A stretch of DNA of 64,000 nt from Heterodontus francisci. Its lineage: Eukaryota. The translations under genes were made by a program, and so were the position numbers. The stretch lies in NCBI RefSeq assembly GCF_036365525.1, contig NC_090407.1:11847441-11911440 (forward strand), written 5' to 3'. Below the pieces are notes generated by a model. The model searched no databases. It was not told where the DNA came from and was given only the letters and a program-made list of their open reading frames with translations. This document shows positions 37,696 through 50,475 of this stretch, piece by piece; within the stretch, counting starts at the first letter, position 1; every line of letters starts with the position of its first letter.

Positions 37696-39439
37696 ATGTT
37701 CTATGTTTCCATATTGTTTCAGACTACTTGAACTGACTATCTAATCTGTCCCTATAATCAAGGCCACCAATCTACAGTTTTTAATGGACAAGTGGATGGA
37801 ATTGCAGATTTGGATTTCCCAAACAAAGCATTTGTCAAAATGTTCCTTATAATAATGAGAATTGGTCACCCTGCTTATAATCTCCAAGTATTGCCATGGT
37901 GTGCTGGTTGGGTCAAACTATAAAAGGTGTTCATTGGGACTCCTAGGGCAGTAAGTACATGCATAAAGCATCAAAAAACCAACATGTACACAGCAAGCTC
38001 CCACAAACAGCACTTAAGATAAATGAGCAAATAATCTGTTTTAGTGATGTTGGTTGAGTGATAAATACTGGCGAGGACACAGGGAGAACCTCTCTGCTTT
38101 TCTTCAAAATTGTGCCATGGTATCCTTTACTTCACTACAAGAGGGCAGACAGGGTCTCATTTTAACATCACATATGAAAGACGGGACCTCTGACAGTGCA
38201 GCACTCCCTCTTTGAGATGTTGGTTAAAAGGATAAATATTGGCCAGGACAACCGGGGAGCTTCCTGTTCCTCTTCAAAAAGGATCCTTTACATGAATTAG
38301 CATGCAGAGCCTCAGTTTAATATTCTCACCTGAAAGATGGCCCTACTGACAATGAGATACTCTCTCATTATAGCGCGGGAAATTTCTCTTAGATTATGTG
38401 CTTAGCCACAGAATTGGACTTTGAACCCAATTTGGAGGCAACCAGATTGTGTTTTTTATGGTCTGCCAGCTTCAATATAGAAAAAGCTGAAACACAGCTC
38501 TAGGGACAGATATGGCTTCCAACTATCCTTGCCACAAGTAGTGTTCGAAATGATCTTCCTCATTCCGTGATCTATGAATTCAGTGCTGAGACCATGAGCC
38601 AGGAACTTGGGTAACTGTTTGCCATACCTGGGGCGGTGGTGGGGTGGGGTGGGGGGTGCGGTGGGGGGGGGGTTGGTGGAGAAAGAGAGAGAGAAAGAGA
38701 ATGAGAGAGAGAAAGAGAAGAGCATTAAGTGCACAGACACAATCAGCAATTAAGGCAGGTTTCTCCCCTACCTAGGAGCTATTCTCTGTACAGAAACCTC
38801 CTGACTAGACTTGAATCCAAAAGGATAGATGAGTCATTGGCTGAAACCAAGAAAATTAGCACACATATCTGTCATCATCTTCCTTCAATCACTTTTCGCT
38901 TGTACCTCAAATTGAACAGGAGCCTTTCATCTTACACCTGACACATCAATTTGCAGCAAGTGCATGATGCGTCAACACTCTTGCCTCTTGTCCTATTCCA
39001 TGTCTTGAACACAATACTGGTATTCCAGTGCAGTATTGCGGAAGTACAGCATTATCACAGCTCCCACCCTTCAGACAGAGGTCCCATCTACGAAGGGGAA
39101 ATGGTTCAGGTGAATGTTAATGATCTCATGGTATTACTTGAAAAATAATACAAAGAAAAACTTTTCACACCTTTCACAATTTTAGGATCAAAACCAATTA
39201 AGTGCTCTTGAAGTGCAGTCACTTTTGTAGGAACATTGCAAGGTGTTCTCCTAGTGTCCTGGCCAACTTTTCCCTCCACTACCATCATGTGACTAGCTCC
39301 AAAAGCAGTTTAGCTAGTCAACCAGGCCATAGTTATTTGACAGAAATTATAAAATGGCTTCTGTTGTCTCCATAGCAATCACTGCATTTCAAAGTTATAT
39401 GTTAGGGATTTTGATGGAGTAAATAAGGCAAACTGGCAG

Positions 39440-39735
39440 GAAGGTCAGTAACCAGAGGACACAGATTTAAGGTAATTGGAAAAGAACCAGTGGAGGAGAT
39501 GAGGAGAAATGTTTTACACAGTGAGTAAAGATCTGGAATGCACTGCTTGAAAGGGCGGTGGAAGTAGATTCAATCGAACTTTCAAAAGGGAATTGGATAA
39601 ATACTTAAAAAGGTAAAATTTCCAGAGCTTTTGGAAAAAGCAGAGGAGTGGGACTAATTGCGTAGCTCTTTCAAAGAGCCAGCACAGGCACGATGGGGCA
39701 AATGGCCTCTTTCAGTGCTGCATGATTCTACGTGA
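39440..39735 (+). mobile_element. CR1 3' fragment
   Basis: TRGHRFKV-like end and CR1 tail. Confidence 0.75.
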
Positions 39736-40509
39736 GGTGCTTTGCAATGTTTCTGAGAGGCATGGAAAGGTGTTATGTAAATACAAGTCTTTCTTTTGTG
39801 TGGACAGCCACTAGAAACCCGAGTGGGAACACTAGGATGCTGATAAGAAGGAAGTCATCTCCTGAGCAAAATAGCACTGATTCATAAAAGTAATTTGGAT
39901 ATCACTAGTCCTCTGATAACTATGTAGAAGGTGAAAGCATTGCCACTTACCACAGTTATCTGCAAAGCCTAGATCTTCAGTCTCACAGAATGATTCCTCT
40001 TCTTGACACTGCTGGAATGTTATCAGCAGTCATCCTTTTCTCCTAGTCAACATGAAAACAATATGCACGAGATCAAACCTGTGATGAATCTCAAATTCAT
40101 TCGACGATAAGTCAAGCCAATTATACTCACCTTGGACTAACCATTGGTGAACCTACTTGTGGAATTCTAGGGGTGGGATTGGTCCTTGGTGGTACCACAC
40201 AAAATGGCTGACAGAGAATCATTCCACAGAAGACAATGGAATGGAAAATCAGGAAGGATGTAACACAGGCTGCTGATTCGCTATTGCCTGGTTTATATTT
40301 CCCCCCGCTGAGATCAATTTCACCTGCTCTATCAACAACAACTTGCATTTCTATAGCACCTTTAACATAGCAATACATCCCAAGATGCTTCACAGGGGGG
40401 TGGTATCAAACTGAGCACATAAGGAGGTATTAGTGCAGATGACCAAAGCTTGGTCAAAGGTGTAGGTTTGAAGGGGGAGGAAAGAGAGATGTATGGGCTT
40501 GGGGTTGGT

Positions 40510-40860
40510 AATTAGATTAGAGATACAGCACTGAAACAGGCCCTTCGGCCCACCGAGTCTGTGCTGAACATCAACCACCCATTTAGACTAATCCTACACT
40601 AATCCCATATTCCTACCAAACATCCCCACCTGTCCCTATATTTCCCTACCTCCTACCTATACTAGTGACAATTTATAATGGCCAATTTACCTATCAACCT
40701 GCAAGTCTTTTGGCTTGTGGGAGGAAACCGGAGCACCCGGAGAAAACCCACGCAGACACAGGGAGAACTTGCAAACTCCACACAGGCAGTACCCGGAATC
40801 GAACCCGGGTCCCTGGAGCTGTGAGGCTGCGGTGCTAACCACTGCGCCACTGTGCCGCCC
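40510..40860 (-). mobile_element. HE1-type V-SINE (young copy)
   Basis: A box TGGCGCAGTGG, B box GGTTCGATTCC, V-core GTGTGGAGTTTGCAAGTTCTCCC...GGTTTCCTCCCAC, CR1-derived tail. Confidence 0.85.
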
Positions 40861-43331
40861 TAATGCTGTTGAATGTCAAGGGGAGATGGTTAGATTCTCT
40901 CTTGTTGAAGATGGTCATTGCCTGGCACTTGTGTGGCGCGAATGTTACTTGCCACTTATCAGCCCAAGCCTGGATATTGTCCAGGTCTTGCTGCATTTCT
41001 ACACGGACTGCTTCAGTACCTGAGGAGTCATGAATGGTGCTGAACATTGTGCAATCAGCAGCAAACATCCCCACTTCTGACCTTATGATTGAAGGAAGGT
41101 CATTGATGAAGCATCTGAAGATAGTTGGGCCTTGGACACTGCCTAAGGGACTCCTGCAGTGATGTCCTGGAGCTCAGATGATTGACCTCCAACAACCACA
41201 ACCATCTTCCTTTGCACTAGGTATGATTCCAGCCAGCGGAGGGTTTTCCCCCTGATTCCCATTGACCTCAGTTTTGCTAGGGCTCCTTGATGCCATACTC
41301 GGTCAAATTCTGCCTTGATGTCAAGGGCAGTCACTCTCACCTCACCTCTTGAGTTCAGCTCTTTTGTCCATGTTTGAACCAAGGCTGTAATGAGGTCAGG
41401 AGCTGAGTGGCCCTGGCGGAACCTAAACTGAGCGTCACTGAGCAGGTTATTGCTAAGCAAGTGCCGCTTGATGGCACTGTTGATGACACCTTCCATCACT
41501 TTACTGATGATTGAGAGTAGGCTGATGGGGCGGTAATTGGCCGGGTTGGACGTATCCTGCTTTTTGTGTACAGGACATAGCTGGGCAATTTTCCACATTG
41601 CAGGGTAGATGCCAGTGTTGTAGCTGTACTGGAACAACTTGGCTAGGGGCGCGGCAAGTTCTGGAGCACAGGTCTTCAGTACGATTGCCGGAATATTGTC
41701 AGGGCCCATAGCTTTTGCAGTATCCAGTGCCTTCAGTCATTTCTTGATATCACGCGGAGTGAATCGAATTGGCTGAAGTCTGGCATCTGTGATGTTGGGG
41801 ACTTCAGGAGGAGGCCGAGATGGATCATCAACTCTGCACTTCTGGCTGAAGGTTGTTGCAAATGCTTCAGTCTTATCTTTCGCACTGATGTGCTGGGCTC
41901 CCCCATCATTGAGGATGGGGATATTTGTGGAGCCACCTCCTCCAGTTAGTTGTTTAATTGTCCACCACCATTCACGGCTGGATGTGGCAGGACTGCAGAG
42001 CTTAGATCTGATCCGTTGGTTATGGGATCGCTTAGCTCTGTCTATTGCATGCTGCTTATGCAGTTTGGCATGGAGATAGTCCTGTGTTGTAGCTTCACCA
42101 GGTTGACACCTCATTTTGAGGTATGCCTGGTGCTGCTCCTGGCATGCCTTCCTGCACTCTTCATTGAACCAGGGTTGGTCTCCTGGCTTGATGGTAATGG
42201 TAGAGTGGGGGATATGCTGGGCCATGAGATTACAGATTGTGGATGAGTACAATTCTGCTGCTGCTGATGGCCCACAGCGCCTCATGGATGCCCAGTTTTG
42301 CATTGCTGGTGATAGTGCCACACAACACGATGGACAGTATCCTCAATGTGAAGGCGGGACTTCGTCTCCACAAGGACTGTGCGGTGGTCACTCCTACCAA
42401 TACTGTCATGGACAGATGCATCTGCGGCAGGCAGATTGGTGAGGACGAGGTCAAGTACGTTTTTCCCTCGTGTTGGTTCCCCCACCACCTGCCGCAGACC
42501 CAGTCTAGCAGCTATGTCCTTTAGGACTCAGCCAGCTCGGTCAGTACTGGTGCTACCGAGCCACTCTTGGTGATGGACATTGAAGTCCCCCACCCAGAGT
42601 ACATTTTATGCCCTTGCCACACTCAGTGCTTCCTCCAAGTGGTGTTCAACATGGAGGAGTACTGAGTCATCAGCTGAGGGAAGGCGTTAGGTGGTAATCA
42701 GTAGGAGGTTACCTTGCCCATGTTTGACCTGATGCCATGAGACTTCATGGGGTCCGGAGTCGATGTTGAGGACACCCAGGGCAACTCCCTCCCTATTGTA
42801 TACCACTGTGCCACAACCTCTGGTGGGTTTGTCCTGCCGGTGGGACAGGACATACCCAGGGATGGTGATGGCAGTGTCTGGGACATTGTCTGTAAGGTAT
42901 GATTCCGTGAGTATGACTATGTTAGGCTGTTGCTTGACTAGTCTGTGGGACAGCTCTCCCAACTTTGGCACAAGCCCCCAGATGTTAGTAAGGAGGACTT
43001 TGCAGGGTTAACGGGGCTGTGTTTGCCGTTGTCGTTTCCGGTGCCTAGGTCGATGCCGGGTGGTCCGTCCGGTTTCATTCCTTTTTATTAACTTCGTAGC
43101 GGTTAGGTACAACTGAGTGGCTTGCTAGGCCATTTCAGAGGGCATGTAAAGAGTCAACCACATTGCTGTGGGTCTGGAGTCACATGTAGGCCAGACCAGG
43201 TAAGGACAGCAGATTTCCTTCCCTAAAGGACATTAGTAAACCAGATGGGTTTTTACAACAATCGACAATGGTTTCATGGCCATCATTAGACTAGCTTTTA
43301 ATTCCAGATTTATTAATTAAATTCAAATTCC
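40861..43331 (-). mobile_element. Longest copy of the tRNA-headed LINE family: 5' UTR, APE endonuclease, RT; head and 3' end missing
   Basis: TNIWGL, ILTESYL, GDFN, LDLVLTN, SDH, then RT motifs; only ~330 bp separates the 5' end from the endonuclease. Confidence 0.88.
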
Positions 43332-44399
43332 AGCACAGAAGGAGGCCATTTGACCCATTGTCCCTTTGTCAGCTCTTTGAAAGAACCAACCAATTAGCTC
43401 CACTCCTCCACCCTTTCGCCATTGCCCTGCAATTCTAAAGTATATATCCAATTCCCTTCAGACAGTTACTATTGAATCAACATCGCTAAAACAGATTATC
43501 TGGTCATTACCACATTGCTGTTTATGGGATTTTGCTGTGTGCAAATTGGCTGCTGCTTTTCCTACATTACAACACTGACTATGCTTCAAAATTATTTCAT
43601 TGACTGTAAATCACTTTGGGATGTCCTGAGGTTGTGAAAGTTGCTATATAAATGCAAGTTCTTTCTATATAGATAAAGCATGTTGGGTAGCCGTGGATGA
43701 TGTGGTAAAGAGCAATATTCTGGGTGATGGCTCTTTATCTCATTTAAACCTGTGGTATGTGTGAGATGTCACCAAGACATCACTGAATTGCATGAGGCCC
43801 ATTGCTACCCAATGAATAAAACACTTTCAAAGTGAAAAGGCCAGAATTATGAAAGGGTGTCGTCCTAGCATTGACAACGAACAGCATGAACATTGCTGCA
43901 GGTATCTGCTCTGTAATTGGTGGTAAGACATTCATGCCAATCTTATATGTTTATTTTAGTCCCCTCCTCCCTCAGCAGCATCTCTGAAAAGCATCCAAAG
44001 TTGGAAGCAGCTGGTAGTTTGGCATTCACCCTAGTTGTCATATTCTGCCCGCACGAATGATCAGGCTTCACCACCAGCTGTGTGGCACTAAATGGTTTTA
44101 CCTGGCACAGAGCTGTTCAACATACTGCCTGCAGGAGAATCCCAGCCCACACAACAAAGTAAAATGAATTCAGAGACAAGTCCCGAACACTTTATTGTCC
44201 AACAGTTTGGCCCATTAGCAACATTTGCTGGCAGACTGATCCTTCACTCCTGCCAGAGCTTCCATTCGTGTTTGGCAAAGATGAAGTTGGCCCTGCCAAG
44301 TGGTGAGTGACGTCATTGTTGGCTGTGGCTTTGGCTGTGCCGTCGATTGTGGCCATGGTTGTGGCGTTCTGTCGCAGACCATTTAAGTAGCAGCTTGGT

Positions 44400-45110
44400 T
44401 AAGTTAGTAACACTCTGGCCGCTGAGTCAGAAGGCTGATGTTACAGTGCAGGACTGAGGGAGTGGTACATTGTCAGAAGTGCCATCATTCAGGTGAGAGA
44501 TTAAATTGTCTATCTATTCAGGTGGATGTAAAAAACCCCCAGATAATATTCAAATCTTGGAGCTCGAGCCAAAAACTGAAACTGGTTATTAATTGCAGTT
44601 GCTATAATTTGCTACTCTATTTGCCTATGTAACTACACTTCAGAAAGTAATTCACTGTCAAACATGAGGAATATAATAACGTGTTATATAGGATGTCAGC
44701 CATGACCCAGTGGGTAGTATTCTTGCCTTTGAGATAGAAGGTTGTGGGTTCAAGTCCCACTCCAGACAGTTGAGCACGTAATCTAGGCTAACACTTCAGT
44801 GCAGTACTGGGGGAGAACTGTACTGTTGAATGTACTGTCTTTTCGATGAAATGTTAAACTTCAGGTGGGCAAAAAAGATCCTCAAAGAAGAACAGGAAAA
44901 CCTCCAGGCCAGTATCCTGGCCGATATATAAATCCCTCAACCAACATTGCGAAAACAGATGATCTGGTCTTTATGTTTGTTGGACCTTGCTGTGCATAAA
45001 TTGGTTGATACATTTTCTACATCACAACAGTGACTACACCTCACTGGCTGCAAAGGCACTCTGAGGTTGTGAAGGACATAATACAAATGCAAGTCTGTCT
45101 TTCTTTGCAT
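44400..45110 (+). mobile_element. Two tandem DeuSINE-type SINEs
   Basis: Heads at ~44400 and ~44700; B box GGTTCAAGTCC; terminal ATACAAATGCAAGTC. Confidence 0.7.
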
Positions 45111-45706
45111 TGCTGCAGTGGGAGCTGGCTCCTTGTTTGAATGCATCACCTTGGCTCCAGTTAGCTGTTAATGTAATTGGTGCAGAGGAGGAGGAAGAGG
45201 TTTACTAACTGAAGGTCTAATGATTAGAGTGTGCAGCCTAGCGGTGTGACTGAACAGCCACAGAGTGACGGAGCCTGTTCTACTGATACTTGGAGTGGTG
45301 CCCAGGAGGAGGAGAGAGAAACTCCTATGAACAGCTGGACCCCACACTGTTCAAACAAGAAAAACCTGGTCCTTAAACAAGCAATGTTTTGTAACAAGTT
45401 CCTTCATGCACCTTAATGTGGCAGGTTTCTCACCTCAAGTAATTACAAAATACCTTACTGACTCCAATTATAATCTTCTCTGTTACACACTCATCTCCCC
45501 TGCTGAAGGTACTAACTCGTGCCAGGGTACAGTTCCACACCCACTGGTTGCCGATGGTTATCTCAGCCAGTGGTCATTCAAGTGCAAAATTAAACAGTCA
45601 GCATTGGTGGGCTAATTGACCATGGGAGCCATCACATTCAAGCCTGATGTCATCCTCACTCCACAGGTGCACATTCCAGTAGGTGTTACTGGAGAACAAC
45701 AGTTCT

Positions 45707-46005
45707 CGGGGTGGCACAGTGGCGCAGTGGTTAGCACCGCAGCCTCACAGCTCCAGGGACCTGGGTTCAATTCTGGGTACTGCCTGTGTGGAGTTTGCAA
45801 GTTCTCCCTGTGACCGTGTGGGTTTTCACCGGGTGCTCTGGTTTCCTCCCACTGCCAAAGACTTGCAGGTAAATTGGCCATTGTAAATTGCCCCTAGCGT
45901 AGGTAGGTGGTAGGGAATATGGGATTACTGTCGGGTTAGTAGAAATGGGTGGTTCTTGGTCAGCACAGACTCGGTGGGCTGAAGGGCCTGTTTCAGTGCT
46001 GGCTA
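45707..46005 (+). mobile_element. HE1-type V-SINE
   Basis: Homologous to 40510-40860. Confidence 0.85.
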
Positions 46006-46928
46006 AAAATAAATAAAGAGCTGCTTGTTCCCTTCCACAGCTCAGTTGTTCTGGGATGAATCCTGTCAGCCTGCTACTATCACACTGGCTGAGATCAGCT
46101 AACTTGGACCAGGGACCAGACTTGGGCCCTTCCCAGTCTGCATGGCTGAGCCACTCACGAGCTGCCATTGGGAGATTCCAACTTCTTTTTAAGATTTATC
46201 AACTGACCTCAGTAGAAGCGAAGGTTCCCTCGATGTGAATGGCTGCTTGATAGCTATGTTAAACTAACAGTTACAGGCATGGTTCTGTAATCACACAGAC
46301 TTCATGTTATTTAGCTTGGAGAAGATTAAACTTTGTGCCTAGGAACAATTAAGTCATTTTTGCTGATGACAGGGTGACTTAGATAAACACTTTTCCATTA
46401 AGATCATGGCCAGTTAACAACAACTTGCATTTATATAGAACTTTAACATAGTACTACACCCCAAGGTACTTCACAGAAGCGTCAGACCAAAAAACTGACA
46501 CCGAGACAAAGAAGCGGACATTCAGGCAGGTGACCAAAAGCTTGGCCAAAGAAGTAGCTTTTAAGGAGCATCTTTAAAGAGGGAGAGGCGGAGAGGTTCA
46601 GTGAGGAAATTCCAGAGCTTAAGGCCTAGGCAGGTGAAGGCACAGCTCTTAATGGTGGGATGATGGAAATCAGAGTTGGAGGAACAAATCTCAGAGGGCT
46701 AGAGGATGATATAGAAATAGGGAAGAGAAGCCATGAAAATGAGGATAAGGATTTTAAAATTGAGGCTTTCCCTGACCGGGAGTTAGTGTAGCTCAGCGAG
46801 CATTGGGGTGATGGGGAATGGGACTTGGTGCAATTTAGCATATGGGCAGCAGAGAGTTTTGGGTGAGTTGAAGTTTACAGATGGTGGGAGATAGTATGGT
46901 CGAGTCTGGGGGTGGCAAAAGCATAGAT

Positions 46929-47358
46929 TTTTTACAATCTTTTTTTTTTTTGCATTTAGTTCATTTAATCTTAGTTTGTTCCGTTTGCTTACCCACTGTT
47001 TTTTTCAGGTTTGCACTTGCTGCTGTTCAATATTCAGTGTATTAACAGCTAATCTGTACTAATGCTTTGTCTTTCAACACACCATTAACATATTGTTTTC
47101 CTTTGCTCCGTGACCTTTTGGTCAGCTATGTGGCCTGGTCCAATCTAGACCTCCTTTGTTATCTCTTGCCCCACCCCCACCTCACTTGCTTATAACCTGT
47201 GACTTTTCTAATATTTGTCAGTTCCGATGAAGGGTCACTGACCCGAAACGTTAACTCTGCTTCTCTTTCCACAGATGCTGCCAGACCTGCTGAGTGGTTC
47301 CAGCATTTCTTGTTTTTATTTCAGATTTCCAGCATCCGCAGTATTTTGCTTTTATTTT
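46929..47358 (+). mobile_element. Penelope-like terminal fragment with 9-bp TSD
   Basis: AGCATAGAT at 46920-46928 and 47359-47367; contains a hammerhead motif. Confidence 0.7.
47220..47256 (+). ncRNA. Minimal type I hammerhead ribozyme motif (one core substitution)
   Basis: AGTT-CCGATGA-A-GGGTC/ACT/GACCC-GAAAC-GTT-AACT: stem I AGTT/AACT, perfect stem II, palindromic AACGTT. Confidence 0.65.
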
Positions 47359-47896
47359 AGCATAGATGAGGGTATCAGCAGCAGCTATGGCTGAGGCAGG
47401 GGCAGAGACGAGCCAAGTTACAGAGGTGGAAGTGAAAACAGTAGTTAAACTAGGCATTGTGCAGCCACAAAATTTCACTTTATTCAGCAGAATTAAAGCT
47501 AATCAACTGGTTAGCTAAAGTGCTGCTTGTGAGGATGGGATCAGGGTGGAGTTGAGGCTGTCGCGGGCCACACCGGTGGAGATACAGTGTGCTGGTGAAG
47601 CCCTGCGGTGGTTCATATGCGTGTTGCCATATGTTCAGTTGCCTGCAGGCACAGCAACTTGGCTGCTCCTTTTAGTTACAGACTTATGTGGTTTTAGGAC
47701 AGACAGCAGAAGCGACATTTCAGAACAGTTGGGCACGCCTTCTCAGTGACTTCATTTCAGGTGATGCCAACACTTGTCTGGATTTCAAAAAGAACAGAGG
47801 CAGCACAGAGGAGGAGATCCTTAACAGTGGGTGGACTGCCACATTTCATGGGCACAGGGTCGCTACAGTAGCTGAAACATATACAATGTCAGCCCC

Positions 47897-48330
47897 CCTG
47901 GCTCAGTGGTAACACTGCGCCTCTGAGTCCAAAGGTTGTGGATCATGTCCCACTCCATGGGCACAAGAAATCTAATGTGACGCTCCAGTGCCCGACTGAG
48001 GGAGTGCTGTACTGTTGAAGGTGACGCGTTTTGGATAGGTGTTAAAACTGAGGCTCTACCTGCTCTCTCAGCTGGCTGTAAAAGATCCCATGACATTATC
48101 TGAAGAGCAGGGGAGTTCTCCTGACAGAATAAATATTGGTCAGGACAATCAACATTTTGAATAGCCATTATCTGATTATTGTTTCATTGCTGTCGAGGAA
48201 TCTTGCTGTGTGCAAGTTGGCTGCTGCATTTCCTACATTACAACAACAAAAGTACTATATTGGCTTTAAAGCACTGGAGGACATCCTAAGGTCATGAAAG
48301 GTGCTATATAAATCCAAATCTTTCTTTATC
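47897..48330 (+). mobile_element. DeuSINE-type SINE, full length
   Basis: TGGCTCAGTGG A box, conserved core, GGTGCTATATAAAT tail. Confidence 0.8.
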
Positions 48331-48889
48331 TTTCAGATGTGTGATGACATTATCCTGATCAAGTCCAATGACTAGCGTACACAATTGTTTCCTCTAGTCC
48401 TCTCCCGAAGACACTGATTTATGGGTTGGGGAAGTTTAGAGAGTGCAAACAATACTTTGCCACCTTGCCCAAGTAACATTCCTCACGTGAATTTAGGCAT
48501 TGTGTCTGCAGCTTTATATAACTATGGGGAGTGGCGGGGGCTTGTCACACTTGTCCCAATCCTGTTCTAAACTTGATGCCTACACATCCATTTTTGTTAC
48601 TCAAGCCACCCTAACAAGGTTCAAATATTTGGCAAGGAAACCTGCCATCCTTAGCCACTACGTGCAACTCCAGTCCCACAGTAATATTGTTGACTCTGAA
48701 CTGCCATCAGTTGTTAGGAATGGGTAATAAATACTGCTTTGTTGCAATTTTAGCTGCCTTACAGGTTTTTATTTCCAAATGCAGTCACTTACTTTAAGTG
48801 GATGCTTGCCTTTAAATTTACCCAGTGCTCCCTTTGTCTGCAGCCCATCAAAAACTGCTTACATCTTCCTTCCTGCCCTTTTCCTCACC

Positions 48890-50475
48890 ACCATGACTGC
48901 CAACTTGATGGACCATCCGGCATTTACCTAGGCATTGGATTTGAACAAGACAAAGACATGCCCAGCCCAGTCAACCCTAAAAAACCCTCCTCACTAATGT
49001 CTGGGGACATGTGCCAAAATTTGGAGAGCTGTTCCACATTGTAGGCAAGCAACAGCCTGACATGACTACACATATGCTAAACAGTGGAAGCAGCATGAGA
49101 TAGACAGACCTAAGCGATCCTGGAACGGATCCAATCATAGCTCTGCAGTCCTGCCACATCCGGTTGTTGCACAATTAAACAACTAATGGAAGAAGGAGGC
49201 TGCATGAACATCCCTATCCTCAATGATGGCAGAGCCCAGAATATGAATGCAGAAGACAAGGCTGAAGCAGTCGCAACCATCATCAGCCAGAAATGCCAAG
49301 TGGATGATTCATCTCGGCCTCCTCCTGAGGTCCCCACCATCACAGATGCCAGTTTTCAGCCAATTTGGTTCACGCCACATGATACCAAGAAACAGCTGAG
49401 CATACTGGATGCAGCAAAGGGCGATGGGCCCCGACACCATCCTAGCTGTGGTACTGAAGATTTGTGCTCCAGAACTAGCCATGCCTCTAATCAAGCTGTT
49501 CCAGTGTATCTACAACACTGGAATCTACCTGACAAAGTGGAAAATTTCCCAGGTATGTCCTGTCCACATACAAAAGGCAAGCTAAATCCAATCTGGCCAA
49601 TTAGACCAACTGCTCCCCCGCCATCCCCCGACCATCAGTCTACTCTCAATCATCAGCATAGTGCTGGAATGTGTTGTCAACAGTGCTATCAAGCAACACT
49701 TACCAATAACCTGCATATTGATGCTCAGTTTGGATCCCATCAGGATCACTCAGGTCTAGACTTCATTATAGCCTTGATCTAATCATGGACAGAAGACAAA
49801 AGCAGAATACTACAGATGGTGGAAATCTGAAATAAAAATGGACAAAAGAGCTGAACTCCAGAGGTGAGGTGGGAGTGACATCAAGGCAACATTTGACCAA
49901 GTGACCAAGTAGCCATGGTAAAATTTAAGTCGATGGGAATCAGGGAGAAAATGCTTCACTGGCCAGAGTCATACCCAGCAAAAAAAGATGGCTTTGGTTG
50001 TTGGAGAACAATCATCTCAGCCCTGGGACACCATCCAGGACAAAGCAGCCAGTTTGATTGGTACCCTGTCCACCACCTTAAACATTCACTCCCTCCACCT
50101 TTGATGCACAGTGGCAGCAATGTGTACCATCTGCAAGATGCACTGCAGCAACTCACCATGCCCCCTTCAACAGCACCTTCCAAACCCGCAACCTCTACCA
50201 CTCAGATGAGAAGGGCAGCAGTTGCATGGGAACACCACCACCTGCAAGTTTCCCTCCAAGCCACACACCATCCTGACTTGGAAGTATATCACTGTTCCTT
50301 CACTGTCACTGGGTCAAAATCCTGGAACTCCCTCCCTAACAGCACTGTGGGTGTACCTAGACTAGACGGACTGCAGCAGTTCAAGCAGGCAGCTCACCAC
50401 CACCTTCCCAATTAGAGATGGGCAATAAAAGCTGGCCTGGCAGCAATGCCCACATGGCATGAATGAATATAAAAA
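48890..50475 (+). mobile_element. Older copy of the tRNA-headed LINE family with several internal deletions
   Basis: Leader and endonuclease start, jumps to linker, RT and 3' tail; short Penelope-like insert at ~49797-49838. Confidence 0.75.

Larger units (their letters stand above)
46415..47440 (-). mobile_element. L2-like 3' fragment split by a Penelope-like insert
   Basis: Tail shared with the DeuSINE-type SINEs; sequence resumes after the 9-bp duplication. Confidence 0.65.

Noticed and set aside
44192-44392. Minus-strand open frame ending in TAA/AATAAA, with a CRE palindrome
   Set aside because: No recognisable homology and no convincing splice acceptor.
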